A stretch of DNA of 64,000 nucleotides from assembly GCF_036321535.1 (NCBI RefSeq), contig NC_087437.1, forward strand, positions 110,238,001 to 110,302,000, given 5' to 3'. Position 1 is the stretch's first letter; each line of letters begins with the position of its first letter. This DNA is from Camelus dromedarius (taxonomy: Eukaryota). The translations under genes were made by a program, and so were the position numbers. Shown here in pieces: positions 25,166-40,789 of this stretch. The notes beneath the pieces are model-generated. The model made no database searches. It saw only the letters and a program-made list of their open reading frames with translations, and was not told the origin of the DNA.

Positions 25166-25615
25166 TGTACTAGTTTCCCAGGGCTGCCATGGCAAAATAC
25201 TACGAACTGGGTAAATTTAAACACAAGTTTATTCTCTCACAGTTCTACAGGCTGGAAATAAAAAAAATCAAGGTGTCCACAGAGCCATGCTCTCTGAAGG
25301 TTCTGGGGCATAACCTCTTTCATGCGTTTCTCCTACTTTCTGGTGCCAGCAGTCCTTAGCATTCCTTGACTTGTAGACACAGCACTCCAATCTCTGCCTC
25401 CACAGATACATGTGTTCTCCCTCTGTGTCTCCACGTCTCTTCTTTTCTTATAAGGATACCAGTCATACTAGATTGGTGCCCAGTTTAATTGATTATGACC
25501 TCATCTTAACTTGGTTACATCTGCAATGGCTGTATTTCCAAATAAGGTCACATTCAGGTATTGAGAGCTAGGACTTGAACATATCTTTTGGGGGAGTAAA
25601 ATTCTACTCACAACA
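25166..25615 (-). mobile_element. MLT1 (C/D-like) solo LTR
   Basis: tgtactagtttcccagggctgccat...tttattctctcacagttct...ccaaataaggtcacattc...caca aca. Confidence 0.85.
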
Positions 25616-25874
25616 AGCCCCAAATCCAGAGTTTATCCAAATATTTTATCCATAAGTGGACTTAAAAGTGAGGTCTCTCCTCTTATACCTGGCCCTATGA
25701 GAATTTAGGGACTATTTTGTTCTCTGGGCCAAGAATAAATACAGACCTTAAGACATTAGGAAACAGGAGTACACCACATCGTCTTGGAAAGTGACAAGGC
25801 TAGGAAGTCAAGATCATTGATAAGAAAACCAAATGACTACAAGCTTGTGAAGGACACTCGAGTCAGTTTAGCCA

Positions 25875-26105
25875 ACTGCTTTAGAGCATGGACTTTGGAA
25901 TCAGACAGACCTCACCTAAAGTCCCAATTCTACTGTTTAGTCATCCAAGTGACTTAGGGAAAGTACTTGGCTTTTCTAAATTTCCACTTCTTCATTGGTA
26001 AGATGATGATAAGGCATCCTCATAGAGTTCTTGTGAGAAACAAACAGGTTATTATATGTGAAGTGCTTAGTATAGTAGCTGACACATGAAAATGCTCAAT
26101 AAGGT
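25875..26105 (+). mobile_element. MIR SINE
   Basis: agagcatggactttggaatcagacagacct...aagtgcttag...tgctcaataa. Confidence 0.8.
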
Positions 26106-26839
26106 CAAGCCAATTTATATTTATATTCCCACTGAATAACAGGTAAGCAAAGGAGAATTCTCTTGTTCAATCAAAGTTCACAAAGAGGGATTTTTAAAAA
26201 TAAAAAAAAAAAATGTATTTCAAATTATATTATTTCTTGTATGTTTTATGTTAGAATCTTCTGTTTCAGCTTGGCTGTACATATCTATATGAAGTGACAA
26301 CTTCCCTCTGCAGTATTCTAGAAAGCAGACATTTTTAGAGTCTATTTAAATGCAATGTACACTTCTATGACTGAATAAGCAACATCCCTAAAAATAATAA
26401 AGATATGTTCATTGGTAATTGAAAAGCATTATTAGTTGAAGCTAAGGAAGATGGTGAAGTCAGAAATTTTTTTCATAACCCAGTAATTGTCATATGACAA
26501 GCCATATGACCTACATCACCTCAAAAAAATCTTAAGGTGGTCCAGCCACTAGAATAGAACTTCATAGGAACATGGCTATTCAGTATCTACATACACAGCT
26601 TGCCTTCCCATGCACCTAAGTTCACAAGCCATTGAATCTGTTCCAATGTGCCAGGAAGAGCTCAACAAACAATTCTCAAATTTCCTTCGCACCTGAAACT
26701 GCTTGATGAGAAAAAACTGCAATACCTAAGGGCAGATCCAAGACTACACAAACTGATATTGGCAGTCCATCAAGCACTGCAGCAGCTCATAGAAGCAGTA
26801 CCCACCCCAGACATGAGAGTCTGTAATGTCTCCCAGAAA

Positions 26840-28000
<1,161 letters not shown>

Positions 28001-28394
28001 TCTAAAAGGGAAAGGGATGATACAGTGCACAGAAGGAGAAGTTGGAGCGCATGTTTTTGTTTTTATTTTCGAGGTCTGGGTTTGTTAAATTTACATGGGA
28101 AAAGGTGAGGGAAAGAGTGTTGGATTCTTGAGGGATGAAAGTTCCTATGATGCAAGAGGAGCTGGGATCCAGAGCCCAGATAGACAATAAAGACAATCCT
28201 TACAATGAGACAGAAAAAAAGGAAGCAAGAAGGAATGAACATCTCATTTCACAAGAAGCTAAGATAATTATTTTTTAGTAAATGTTGCTCCTTTCTGTGA
28301 ATTTTGAAGGACAGCTACACTCCAAGAATGACCAGTGTGGTATACTGGATATAGGAAGGAGGATGTCTCAAGAGTATGATTAAAGTCTGAAACA

Positions 28395-28830
28395 CCTCAG
28401 GATTTGAGTCTTCTGGAAAGCAGACTCTGAGACACAGTTTGGTGTTCAGAATATTTATTAGGGCATGATTTTGTGATCAACACCAGGAATGGAGGGAGGA
28501 GAAAGTAGGGATGGACAGAGGGAGAAGTCAAACCACAGTGTAGGATGTACTGCCTCAGCTCATCCCATGGGGAGCTCTGACGCTGAAAGTACCCATCAGG
28601 ATCATCCCCAGTTGAGCTGAATGGATGACCTTTATACTACCTACTTTGATCATGGAATATGGGCCACCTCTGGAAAGGTGCTACCTAGAACAAAGTGGCT
28701 TTATGCAACTGAGATGTTCCCTGAAGGGGATAAGAGCTAAGACTGTCTCCTGATTGGACTCCCAGCAACCAGGGCCACAAGTCTTTCCTTGAAGTGGGAT
28801 CTGGGTGAATCTCCTCCATGTTATCACACA
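28395..28830 (-). mobile_element. ERVL-class solo LTR (LTR16-like)
   Basis: ctggaaagcagactctgagac...tttattaggg...cagagggagaagtcaaac...ccatggggagctctg. Confidence 0.65.
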
Positions 28831-30348
28831 TTCTACATCACACTTTCCAAAGAAGCACAAAGATTAACTTCAATACTGAAAATTCAGATCATGTTGGAAG
28901 TCACTTATCCAAGCAGTACTGTGATTTGCTAAGGTAGCAATTAGCAGCTAGACAATACTATCATGATACAGAAACTATACACATGATGCAGCTCTTTGTT
29001 TTTTGAAAAAACAGGAACAGACTATAAGAAAAGTCTTCATGTGGCTGTCATAGGAAGCATCATCAGTCATTCTTATATTGAAACTTTTATAAACACCATA
29101 ACTAAGGCACTTGGGTTTGTGATACTAGAACACCTCCATGATCATCTTTCAGTAGGAAATATGCTGTTATTGGCTCATGTTAGTTCAGTAGTTTAAAATC
29201 CTCAGACTGAACAAATGTAAATAGAAATATAAAAACACAATAATCATTTCTGGAACACAAGGTTCTCACTCTCATATTTTGAACATAATCTCACTGTAGT
29301 TAGTGAACAGAGTCCAGGGAAAAGATGGGACAAATTATCAGGAGCTAGAATTTAAGCAACATGATGACATGTGGTAACAAAGTCAACATGACCTAAAGTC
29401 AGACAGAATTGGATTAAAATCCTAGCTCTGTACTTTACTCCCTTATATTACTTATTTATGAATTACATTGGGTGTGACTATACCATAAGCTTTTGGTGAA
29501 GTTTACATGAAATAACTATTGCAAAGTGCCTTTTGCACAGTGCTTAACACCTCAAACCTTCATGTCTCTTTCTTAAATAAGTTCCCAAATGTGTGAATGA
29601 AAACCACAAATAGATTAGAACCTACAGGTTCTTATAAAATATCATATGTAGGTAGCTCTTTTGTATTATTTTGACCTAGTGAAATTAGTTCCAAAAAGGA
29701 TGGCATGAACACTGACACATCTCCCCTGTGAAGTTGAAGATACTCTCTTATGTTGTTATCCTGTGTTGAATCTGGGAACAACTTGAATGATGACAATGAT
29801 TCTATTATGGGCTGTGGGTTGAAAGAAAAATACTAACTGACTCAGGGTTTATCCTAGTTCTGAGAGCACATATTTACATAAATAAAGTGTGAGTGATTGG
29901 AAGTGATAAAATTTCATCATCCAGTGCAGTTCTTTTATGTGGCTCAACAATAGATCCCTGTGGGAATCACAGGGTCCAATCAAATATGAAAGACTATAAA
30001 GTTCTTGAAGTGTGTTAATGAAGTGTCAGGCTTGCTTAGTCAGATAAGTTTATTAGAAGACTGACTTAGTTTCACATCCTCATGGCTGTAACAGAAGACA
30101 AATGTTCCAATTAACACAACTAGGGGGCTATAAAAACCACCATCACAGATTTGAAAATAGGTCTTTGAGGTGATCTGATTTCAAAGTACGACAGAGTGAG
30201 ATTGTGGTTTTGGTCATGGCTTCTTAAGATCTTTTAAACTAAGGATAAGGGATGGGGAAGCTAATAAGAAATACTGGAACATAACCTATGTCTTAGAACT
30301 TTCACATCAGGGTATGTCACTGTTTGGATGTATAAGAAGCTACAAAAT

Positions 30349-31101
30349 TTATAAGGCAGAAAAGAAATTTTTGCCTTGTCAAGAAATTTGGTTACTGCAA
30401 TAGCCATAGTTAGAGCTATTACCATATTTATGCCACTAAAGTGTCTATAGCTATGCAATACCCAGATGTAACAAAATCCTTAGCCACAGCTGTACAGCCA
30501 TATGCACATTCCCCATATGGGCATTTCCTTGTGTGGCAGGCAGTCTTCCAAAATGATTCCCAAATCATCTCCACCTCCTGGTACTCACACCCTTGTGTAA
30601 CTTCCTCCCTTTGAGTGGAGGATAGGCTTAGTGACTTTCTTCTAATAGATATAATATAGCGACTTAATGGGATGTCAGTTCTGAGATTTGATTATAAAAA
30701 TTTGCAACTTTCACCTTGCAGGCAATCTCCTTGACTCATTTCTGCAGGCCTTGATGGTCACATGGCAAGGAACCACAGCTACAAGTCAGTTGGGAAATTA
30801 TGCACTCTCCACCCCACCAGTCCAACAGCCCTTGAGGAACTGGCTTTTTCCCACAACCATGTGAATGAGCGTGGAAGAGGATCTTTTCCCAGTTGAGCCT
30901 TCATTTGGGATTATAGTCTCAGCCAACCCCTGGTTAAAGCCTCATAAACCCTAAAGCAGAGAACCCAGCTAAACCGTGTTAGTATTACTAACCCCCATAC
31001 ACACTGAGGTAATAAAGCTGTGTTGTTTGGGGATGCTATATTTTGGGGTAATTTGTTCCACAGCAATAGATAGCTAATAGATCTTGGTAGTTACAATTCA
31101 T
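30349..31101 (-). pseudogene. KRTAP21-like pseudogene split by an MLT1 LTR
   Basis: Minus strand: ATG AAT TGT AAC TAC CAA G [LTR] GA AAT GCC. With frameshifts this gives MNCNYQGNA..YGECAYGC..CG*GFCY..YGNSSNYGYCSNQ. The 5' leader (actcaaatagctt) matches that of the 53398 copy (actcaagtagctt). Confidence 0.65.
30532..31081 (+). mobile_element. MLT1 (F-like) solo LTR
   Basis: tgtggcaggcag...cacctcctggtactcacacccttgtgtaa...cagcaatagatagctaataga; TSD ccttg / tcttg (30527-30531, 31082-31086). Confidence 0.85.
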
Positions 31102-31269
31102 AATGTCAAGGGTAGGAATTTCAGTTGAACAACAAAGAATAAGCTATTTGAGTTAAAATGCCGTCTTTTCAGAAAGTCATATATTTATCTTCAAAAGTGA
31201 TTTTCATGCAAGAACTGTCATTTCACTCTGGCTAGGTTCAAGTGCTTTGTAAAATTGCACTGCCATGGA

Positions 31270-31490
31270 GTGGTGGTGGATAAGCCCCATTTCTAGAGAA
31301 AGACTGAGTTCATATCTAACCCACTACTTCCTAGATTCTTAACCCTTTTGTCCCTCATTTGCTTCATCTGTGTTATGTAGATAATGACAGCAACTATTGT
31401 ACGGCGTTATTAGTGTTCAATTACTCGATACATGAAACATGCTTAAAACTCTGTCTTGTATGTATCAAGAGCTCAGTAAGTGAATGCTAT
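31270..31490 (+). mobile_element. MIR SINE
   Basis: MIR core (cctcatttgcttcatctgt...ataatgacagc...gagctcagtaag). Confidence 0.6.
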
Positions 31491-31849
31491 TTTATGTAGA
31501 AATATCTAATTATTTCAGTACAGACACCACAAGTTCCTTGTCATTGCTAGAGTTTTCCAATTTATTTTCAGCTAATTTGCAAAGGCTTTTTTTTTTTCCC
31601 TGAACATACTATGAAATGAGAGCAGAATACATCATCCTAGTCACCAGAATAATCTCCTGCATTTAGTATTCATGACCTTAGTAGAACTCTTCGCTAGTTC
31701 AGCAACAACAAACATTTACGGAGGTCCTGCTATGTGCAAAGAATTATTCCAAATGTTCAAATACGTTAATAGAACAGCCTGTCTTTTCAGAAATGTAAGC
31801 AAAAAAATAACTTGGGCTTGGAAAGGGAGGCAATGTCATTAATCTAATA

Positions 31850-32030
31850 CTGTGATTTTTCAAAACTGGATGTTCATTAGAAACACCTGGGAAGCTTAAA
31901 ATATGTACACACCAGTGCCAGGGCCCTGCTCACAGAGAATCTAATTCAACTGGGATGAAGCCTAAAATTAAATGCTTTTTAAAAGCTCACTGGGGGATTA
32001 TAATGTACAAGCAGGGTTAAAAACCACTGA
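31850..32030. mobile_element. MER5-type hAT MITE
   Basis: ttttcaaaactgga..ttcattagaaacacctggg...caagcagggttaaaaaccactg. Confidence 0.65.
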
Positions 32031-33344
32031 TTTAGCACAAACCCTCCTACTGAAATATTAAGACTTGTAGAGGCTTATTTCAGGTGACATGGATAGTTAT
32101 TGTTAAAACCAGAACTAAAATTCAGACCTTCTGATACTGGATAAGTGATTGTTCAGTAACTGGGTGGTTTCCAAGCTTCTCTGCATTTATTCATGCATTC
32201 AATATTCACTTACTGAGAACTTCCCCAGTACAGAAAGTGGGGACACCATAACGCAGACTCACCTAGTGACTTTCTTCAAGATTAAAATTCTCTTTTAAAT
32301 AGATAGAGGATAATAGAAGAGGTGGCTAATAAAAAATAAAATAAAAATAACAAAATAAATATCTACAAGCGAATGATTGCAACCTCCAGAGTGCACTAAA
32401 GGCAGCGTATTAAATTCATTGGGGTGTATGGTGGGAGACAGTTTAGTTTAGGAAGGGAGTTCTCTCAGGAAGCGAGTTTCCATGTAGGGGTTATATTATA
32501 TATGGCTGGATTTCAGAGATAGGCTTTTAAATATTACACCCTCAGAAATACCTCTTTTCTTTCTCTATCCCTCCACAAAAAAAGATCAATCTCAGTGAGG
32601 CTGGCAAAAATATTCCTTAAAGATTACTTAAATGATAAGGATCGTAATAACAAATGACAACAACAACAAATTATTTTTCAAGCACTCGACTAAGTGCTTT
32701 GCATGTATGATTTCATTTGATCATCACAGGACAACCGGTACTGTAACTCTCTTCCATCAGCTCCACCTAAAATACCTTGAACCAAACAAGAATGGTAGAA
32801 AAGTTGATCTTCCCTCAGCATATTGTCCTCTCTGGCATATCTTTCAGTCATTAGAATGAGGTGATGATTTACAGAATGCTCAACCTAGATAAGCATCTTA
32901 AAAGAATTCTATTCTCACACCCACATTTCACAGATGGCATTTGCAAGCAGCTGAGCCCTCCTGCCACACAGAATGTGATCAGCAACTTGCATGATTTCCG
33001 CAGCTACTCCTGTGGTTGATCTTGCAATCTAAGCATAGCATCTAAGAAGCATATAAAATAGATAGCAAACTATGAGTGACATTATTGTATAAATTTAAAA
33101 TGATGAGCGAATACCAAGTGGTGAAGGCAGCAGTAAATCATATTTAGGAAACTGCAGGCAGAATCAGGGACGCAGTTTAATAGCTAACTAACGCCATCTT
33201 GAGAACCAACACCTTTGGGCTGCAGTTGGCCAAGAATGAGTGCGTCAACAATTAGATCATTAACTGGAACTCCTTATTTAGTTAAAGCCATTCAAAATTA
33301 ACATCTCTGCATAGTTCTATCAGGTTCATTGCATATACAGCTAA

Positions 33345-33540
33345 TTTTACACTACCATATGCAAAATAGACAAATGACAAGGTCCTACTGTGGAGCACAG
33401 TAACTACATTCAATAGCTTGTAATAGCCTATGATGAAAAAGAATATATATATGCACAAGTGAATCACTATGCTGTACACCAGAAAAAAACACAGCGTTGT
33501 AACTCAACTATACTTCAATTAAAATAACTGAATAAATAAC
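33345..33540 (+). mobile_element. L1 3' tail fragment
   Basis: acaaggtcctactg..agcacag..gaatcactatgctgtacaccagaaa..aactatacttcaattaaaa. Confidence 0.8.
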
Positions 33541-36500
33541 CATCTGTCTCCAAATCCCAGAGGTTGTATTTGAGATTGTCTATTTTTGCTAGGTGGAAAC
33601 GTGTCCTGAATTAGGAACCAGTCTAGAGGAAAACAAGGGGTACTGATATAAATTAATATCAGTACTCTTTTTAATACCTATAAAAATGACTGCATGGGTT
33701 TGTGTTTTCTCACATGTATTCAGAGGTTTGAACCACAAAACTGTGGCTGCAAAATAGGTTTTATTTAATAGATTATATTGCATTGTGCAAATATAAAACC
33801 ATGGAAATTAATGTAAGGAGTGAGGAAAGACTTCACAAAGGAGGAGGAGTCTAAACTGGACTTCCTGTTAGGCAAAAATATTCAGAGAATTTTGAATGAA
33901 TCAATTTGGCTGCTGTGCAGAACTAGAGGAATATAAAATCATGATGGTATATGATGGCAAGAATGAAAAGCTAAAGTGGCATTGGAGACCTCCTAAAAAT
34001 TTTATTGGGTGAATAACATGATGATCCTAATACTTGTGAGTAACGTCAACTTGACAGTGTTCATCAGAGAAACAAAAGAGAGAAAATATTGAACCTAATG
34101 AGATCAGTTGGGAGATTCTTATTGTAGTTAAGTTACGATAAATCAGAGCCATAGGTGAAACTAATGGACTATTGAATTCAGATGTCCCTCCTATCCTCAA
34201 TTATCTTGAGACTCTGTGACTATGAAAGTTCCAAAGGGTGTCCCATGTCTTGGATGTCCATACTTACTCGATGAACTCATAGAAGATGGATATAAAGAAT
34301 GCAATAATGAGCAGAAAAAATATGTTTGACATGAGTAAATCTGTCTGGTGCAAAATAGATTTGTTACACTAGCCAATATAACTGTAGAAGAAAAGGGTTG
34401 TCAGATAAGTTATCAAACTGACAATTAATAAGTAATGAAAAATAAACACATTTGCTATAGATTTTTAAAGCACAATATATTTGTTTGGTTGGCAGTTTTC
34501 CTGCCACTTGAGTTTATAATAGTGTTCTGCCATTTCCCTCCAAAATTATGAGATCCATAAAATTGAGCCACATTCTGGCATCCTAGGATATTTGTTCAAG
34601 AACCACAGGATACTAAAGGTTTCAACTACAAAGTATGTAGTTCAGAGCAAGCCAGCTCATTTCATGAGAAGCAAACAGATTTCCTACAGAATGGCTTCAG
34701 TAGCCCCAGGCCACTTTGGCCTATAAGAGAGCCAAGCTAAGTTTAGGACAGTTTAACCAATTAAAAAGTAAAAGAACAGCCTGGAGGCCAGTGTTCTGCA
34801 GTCATCTCTCAAGTATGATATAACAGATCTTTTAAAGAATACACTATGATTCTACCCTCTTTGGTCTTCAATGCAAAGTTTCTCATTTGAAAGGCCTTAA
34901 TGCTCTGTGCTCAAAACAATGTGAGATCAAAAAGTTTGAAATTCTCTGACATTCTCTGTTTACCAATGATAAAACTTGGGTTACTCACTTTTGATCTTTA
35001 TAAAGCACACTTGGATGGTAGGTCACTATGTTATTAACACCAGGAACATGCTTTCACTTCTTAGGGATTGAAAGGAATATAAGAGTCTGCATTTGCTCAT
35101 TTCCTCAATTCTTTCCATAAATTCTATTTTATACATAGGATTAAGTAATGTATTATAGTCCTAGAACTAAGAATACAAAGGTAAATTAATGGTTATAAGA
35201 AAATAAGATGCTGGGGGTGTGGGGAATAAGAAGCACAATTAGGCCACCAACAGCTGATTTCCTTCTCCTGTTCTTTTGAGATAGCTATTCCTGATCACTT
35301 GGGAGTTTCCTGCTTGGACAACCCACAGTAGTACGTCCTTTACCTAAAATTTCTCTCTACTTGAACTGGGAAGGACAGGGATGAACCACTTTTCAAACAA
35401 TCTTGTCCTAAAACAGGATAGATCGAAGTGGTGTCTTGTATGTATAAAAAGATGAAAAATTCAATTTTCTACTAAATCACAAAAAATGAAATAAACCTAA
35501 AAGACATTAAGATGTTAGGTCAAAATTTAGGTTATCAGTGAAACCAAAGTCCAGGATTCACTAATTCCACCACCCACTTTAAGAACATACATGGGTTAAG
35601 GATGGAGAGAAAGATATTCATGGAGAAATTTTCTAGAAATTTCTGTTGACACGCTGTGAGTTCTTACCCTTAAACCACAAAGGGAGAGGGATTTATCCCT
35701 CCTTTACTTCAAACTTTGTGATGGGATGACTGGGAATGCTTGAATACCATTTGCCACAGGTGGGAGAGAGAGAGAGAGCTTGTCCTGATAGACACTTGAG
35801 AAAGCAAAAATATTCTGGGGCAGCCAGTTGGAGGTGGATGTTTGGGGATCTACCTGCACCCTTAGAATTTGTTAAGAAAAGGATTTGTGTTCTACAAAAA
35901 CCAAATAAGGGACACATGGGAAAGAGCCTTTCTTGGGTCACCTGTCTAATTGGATCATAGGAAGACATGAGAAAAAGCTGTAGGTGAATTTTACATTCCT
36001 AAAGGCTAAGGAAGGTATGACAAGTTATCACCATGACAAAAAAAGTTTTTGCCTAAATGTTTTGGGTAAAGGAATTTCAAGAGAACATTCCCCAATGATG
36101 GCCATCTCCAAAGAGCCCATGAATTTACTGTTAAGAAAAATCAAGTCCACAGAATAGGAAGAGGTTTGAAGACAGCAGAATTCAGGCATGCTTTTTCCTA
36201 TGTGCTTACACTTTAAATACTTTAGATCCCTTTTTGATTAATATCTTGGGTTTAACTTTAATCAATGATTTGAGTCACTTTGCAGTAATCTATTACATTT
36301 TTCTAAGTGAGAAAATTTATCTGACAGTTTTAATCTAAGGGCAGAAAAAAATTACTCATACTAAATATATCTTAAAGAAACAACAAAAGACAAAAATAAA
36401 GCATTTTCATATTGCCTTGAGTTTTGCCTCCCAGCATCCTGGTTGCACATGTAGATTTTTACATATACTCACTTCTAATCTATGAGTAGAAAAATTGAGC

Positions 36501-36729
36501 CAAAAAATGAAAATTCAAAGGCAACATGGTAGCTACCCATGTAATACTCACATAACTTTGACTTAAGAAATTTCTGTCTTTATCTGAGAAGTTTTCTATT
36601 TGAGAGAAGACATAGCTTCGAGAGTGATACTCTTGGAGTCCTGAAGAAGAAGAGAGAAAGTGGCTGTAGTAGATTGCAGACTGACTCCAGTTTGTCTCTT
36701 ATCCCCATATTCATGCCTTTTCCATATAA

Positions 36730-37120
36730 TTTTTTTAGCATCCTCCAATTCTAAGGACTCAACTGGGTTATTTGCTTTAGCCAATAAAATGAGATAGAGG
36801 GATAGCGTGCAAGTTCTGATTCAAAGCTTCAAGAGCTCATGTGTTTTTCTTTTTGCTTTCAGGTGCTTATACCATTACAGAGCAATCAAACCTATGCTTG
36901 TCTTCTGGAGGATGAGAGACATGTAGAGCAGAGCTGAGTTACCCAGTCATTTCCAGGAAAGACCAATCGAGATAAGCCAACAGACTTCTAATCCCTAGAC
37001 ATGTGATCAAACCCTGTCCAACACTCAGATGACTCCACACAGTGAGCTAAAAACTTGTATTGTATTGTATTGTTCTTTGCCATTGAATATCTGTGGTTAC
37101 ATGTCACACAGCATTATTAT
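36730..37120 (+). mobile_element. Old MLT1-type LTR
   Basis: ctggaggatgagagacatgtagagcagagctgagt...cagcattattatgacaatagac. Confidence 0.55.
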
Positions 37121-38654
37121 GACAATAGACAGGTGGTATATCTGCCTAGTCAATCAAACAAAAGAACCCACTCCATCTTTTCAGAGATGATGGTGTCACA
37201 GCCAGATGGCTCTAATATCTAAGACATATGATATTCTGTACATAGGCTATGGAGTTCTTTCCATTTCATTTAAACTAAGAGCATCATATCATGAGCTGGT
37301 TGGTACCTATACATGGATAAATTTGCTACTAAACTGCCACAGCATATGATGAATCCTAAGCACTATGGTTTCCACCTTCCTCAATTTGGATGCCAGCAGT
37401 CATGTCATGAGTACATTCAAGTAACCCTATAGAGAGTTCAAGGTGGCCAGAACCACTCGGCTAATCCACTCCCAAAACTCTTACCCATAAGAAAAGTGTG
37501 TAATATAATAAATACTTGTTGTTTAAGCCACTAAGTTTTGGTGCAATTTTTTGTTCCATTGCTAGTGTAATACACTAATACAATGAAAACTACTTTAATT
37601 TTATTTTTCCTAAAATGGCTCCTAAATTGTATAAGCACCAGATCCCACAAAACCTGGCTCTTACTCCTAAATGTTTGCATTATCATCTCTCCCCAAAATG
37701 TTTTCAAGCAGCTGATTCTTGATGTATGGTAACCCCAACTGCCTAGGATGACATAGCACTTCTCACAATTACAAAAGAAAAATAAGCAAACAAACAAACA
37801 AAAAATGGCAAGGGACTTCTTGAAAGTCATCCTTTCTAAGAAATGAGGAAAATTCTCTGATTCATATCTCTCTTGCCTGAGACTGATTTGGTCAGGATTC
37901 ATTCAAAGACAATCTAGGAACCTTAGGGAATAGTAAGATTTTGTTTCTGTTTTTGTTTTATTTTTCAACAGCAGAGTTACTATGGCCCTATGTAGGTGAT
38001 GCCTAAAAAGAGTTTCTAAAAGAAAATAAATTTCCTTATCTTTCTGTAATCTAACATTCCCTTGTTACTGTATCTTTAAATATTTAGAATAGAAAGAAGA
38101 AATTACACAAATAACCATGAAAAGAAATACATAAATAGTCCAGAAATTAATAAGGAAACAAAAGCAGAAAGAAGCAAAATAGAAATAACATTAAAATACT
38201 TATTTTTAAATTATGTCATGAATTTCTCACCTTTTAAAAAATTGGGCTGTCCAGAGAAAAATGTGTGTGTGTGTGTAGATAGGGAGAAAGAAAGATAGTA
38301 CAATATGCTTATAAATATTTGTGTGTTTATACAGAGAAAAGGAATGCATGAAAAAGTTTATTATATATATACAAATATTCTTAACTCTTAATCATTATCT
38401 ACTTATCAGTTATTGAACATGTAATGTGTATTTGATGTTGATATACCAAAAAGTCGTTCTATGCCTACAAGAAGATAGCCGTATAGAGGAATATACACTA
38501 TGCAAATTATACATATACTGAAAAGCAGACAAATGAATCTGATTGAATGCTGTGTTGGATATGAATGTTTAGCATGCTCTTTAAGTAAAGAGAGGAACAC
38601 CAGGACTGGAGTAGGTTTAAATTGAGATTTTTTTAAAGGGTTAGTTAACTAGGA

Positions 38655-39150
38655 CTAAACCTACCTAAGGAAATAAAGGCCTGAACTCAGAAAACTATAA
38701 GACATTGATGAAAGAAATTGAAAATGACACAAATAGATGGAAAGATATACCATGTTCATAGATTGGAAGAATTAATATTGTTAAAATGACCATGCTATCC
38801 AAGGCATCTACAGAGTCAATGCAATCCTTATCAAAATACCAAGAGCATTTTTCACAGAACTAGAACAAAAAAATTTAAAATTTGTATGGAAGAACAAAAG
38901 ACCCTAAATAGCTAAAACAATCTTGAGAAAAAAGAACACAACTGGAAGAATCTTCCTGACTTCAAACTATATTGCAAGGTGACAATAATCAAAACAGGAT
39001 GACATTGGCACAAAAACAGACACATAGATTAATGGAACAGAATACAGAGCCCATGCACTTATGGGCAATTCATGACGAAGGAGGTAAGAATATACAATGG
39101 AGAAAAGACAATCTCTTCAATAAATGGTGCTTGGAAAAATGGACAGCTAT
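38655..39150 (+). mobile_element. L1 ORF2 fragment
   Basis: gaaaactataagacattgatgaaagaaattgaa...ggaagaattaatattgttaaaatg...ctcttcaataaatggtgc. Confidence 0.9.
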
Positions 39151-40789
39151 AAGGGAGTGTTAACTAGATGAGAAAGTGGATGATGTCTATTCCAAACCAT
39201 GAAGGAAACAGCCTGAGCAAAGCATGAAGTTTTCAGTAACATGATACAACCCAGAAAATCCACAGGTATCTATGTCTGGTTGGCATGAAGGCTGTGTGAG
39301 TAGGAATGATAGATGATTTAAGAGGAGGAATGATAGCAAAATCCATGGAATTAATGGCTTTTTGTGACTATGTTAAAGTTCTGAGTATATGTCTATTGAT
39401 AAGAACAGTTTAAAAGTAGATAGATATAATCTTTTATTCTTCAAAAATATTATTCTGGCACCATGTAGAGGACAGACTAGAGAAGAAACAGACCAGAGGC
39501 AAGATGACCTGGAAGCAGGAAGGGACAACCCTGAGGAAATTATCTAGAAGCTGTAAACTGAAATAATATAAATATAACTGTTCAAAATAGAATAGAATCA
39601 AGAGTGCTGCAGCCAATCATTTTTAATTACACTATATTTATTACATATAATTGTATATAAATGATGTATGCATAATTATTTTACCCATATAGTTACCAAG
39701 AGAGAACATACAAAAATTAAAAGTACTGTGATAATGTGGGGGATGGTATTGGATTATCTTATTGAAAGCATATCTTTTCCCTTTGCTCGAAATATAATAA
39801 ACTTACATCTTGGTTTGATAACACCAAGCCCCTCAAAATAAAGTCTATACATCTGAATACTAGTCTATAACATAATTAATTTAGTGTTTAAATCCCAGAA
39901 TGAGAGACTTTAGGGAAAAGTGTAATTGGGGCAAATGGAAACAATTACTAACATCAAATGTAGGATGTTGAGCCTAGCAGGAAAACTATTGCTTAGAAAT
40001 GACAATCATGCACTTTTCCAGATCACATTGTTGAAAAATTTATTTTTTACTTCTGCTTAGGCACTAGAAAATGAGTCTACAGGAGGAATTAGAGGCATAA
40101 GCAGAAAACATGAAAGGACAAATGGAAATTTTTCATTGTAGTAAGCACACAGAAGTGTCTTATTAAAGATAAAAGATGACTTTGAAACTTCCTGAGAAGA
40201 CTTTATACACAAAGCTCATAGAGGTCTGCAAGCTACAGGAAAACTCTGGCTCTGATACTGAGGAAGGTATATTCAGGTCTGGACAAAAGTAATATGTGCT
40301 TATTCAAAGCAATAATTAAATAAAGGTTGAAAATTAATGGCAACACTTTGGCTTTATATAGGGTTCTTTTTCATTTTTTTTTTTTGCTCAAACAAAATTG
40401 GATGTCATCTTTTTAAATATAGCTAATATTTATTGTTTTAATGAATCTTCCATGGGTTTCCCTGTTGTTTAGCCCGTAAGATCAAAATCAAGGAAGTAAC
40501 ATCCTTTAGGTAAATACTGTATTCTAATGTCAGGAAAGAAAAAAACAATGGATTTTTAACCCTACAGCCCAAGTATATAGCAGTGAAAAATATCACAAGC
40601 TTAACAATTAGAAAAGATATTCATGAGCACAAATAGCAAAGTATTTGCTAAAATATGTTGCTGAATAGAAAAATGTCAAAAACACCGTATGAACAGTGAG
40701 AACACAGATTCATAGAGTTTTAAAAAATCCCTAAAAAAGGCAAGATTGGTTTAAGTACATAAAGAGGAAAATGGGTATTATTTCTGTTT

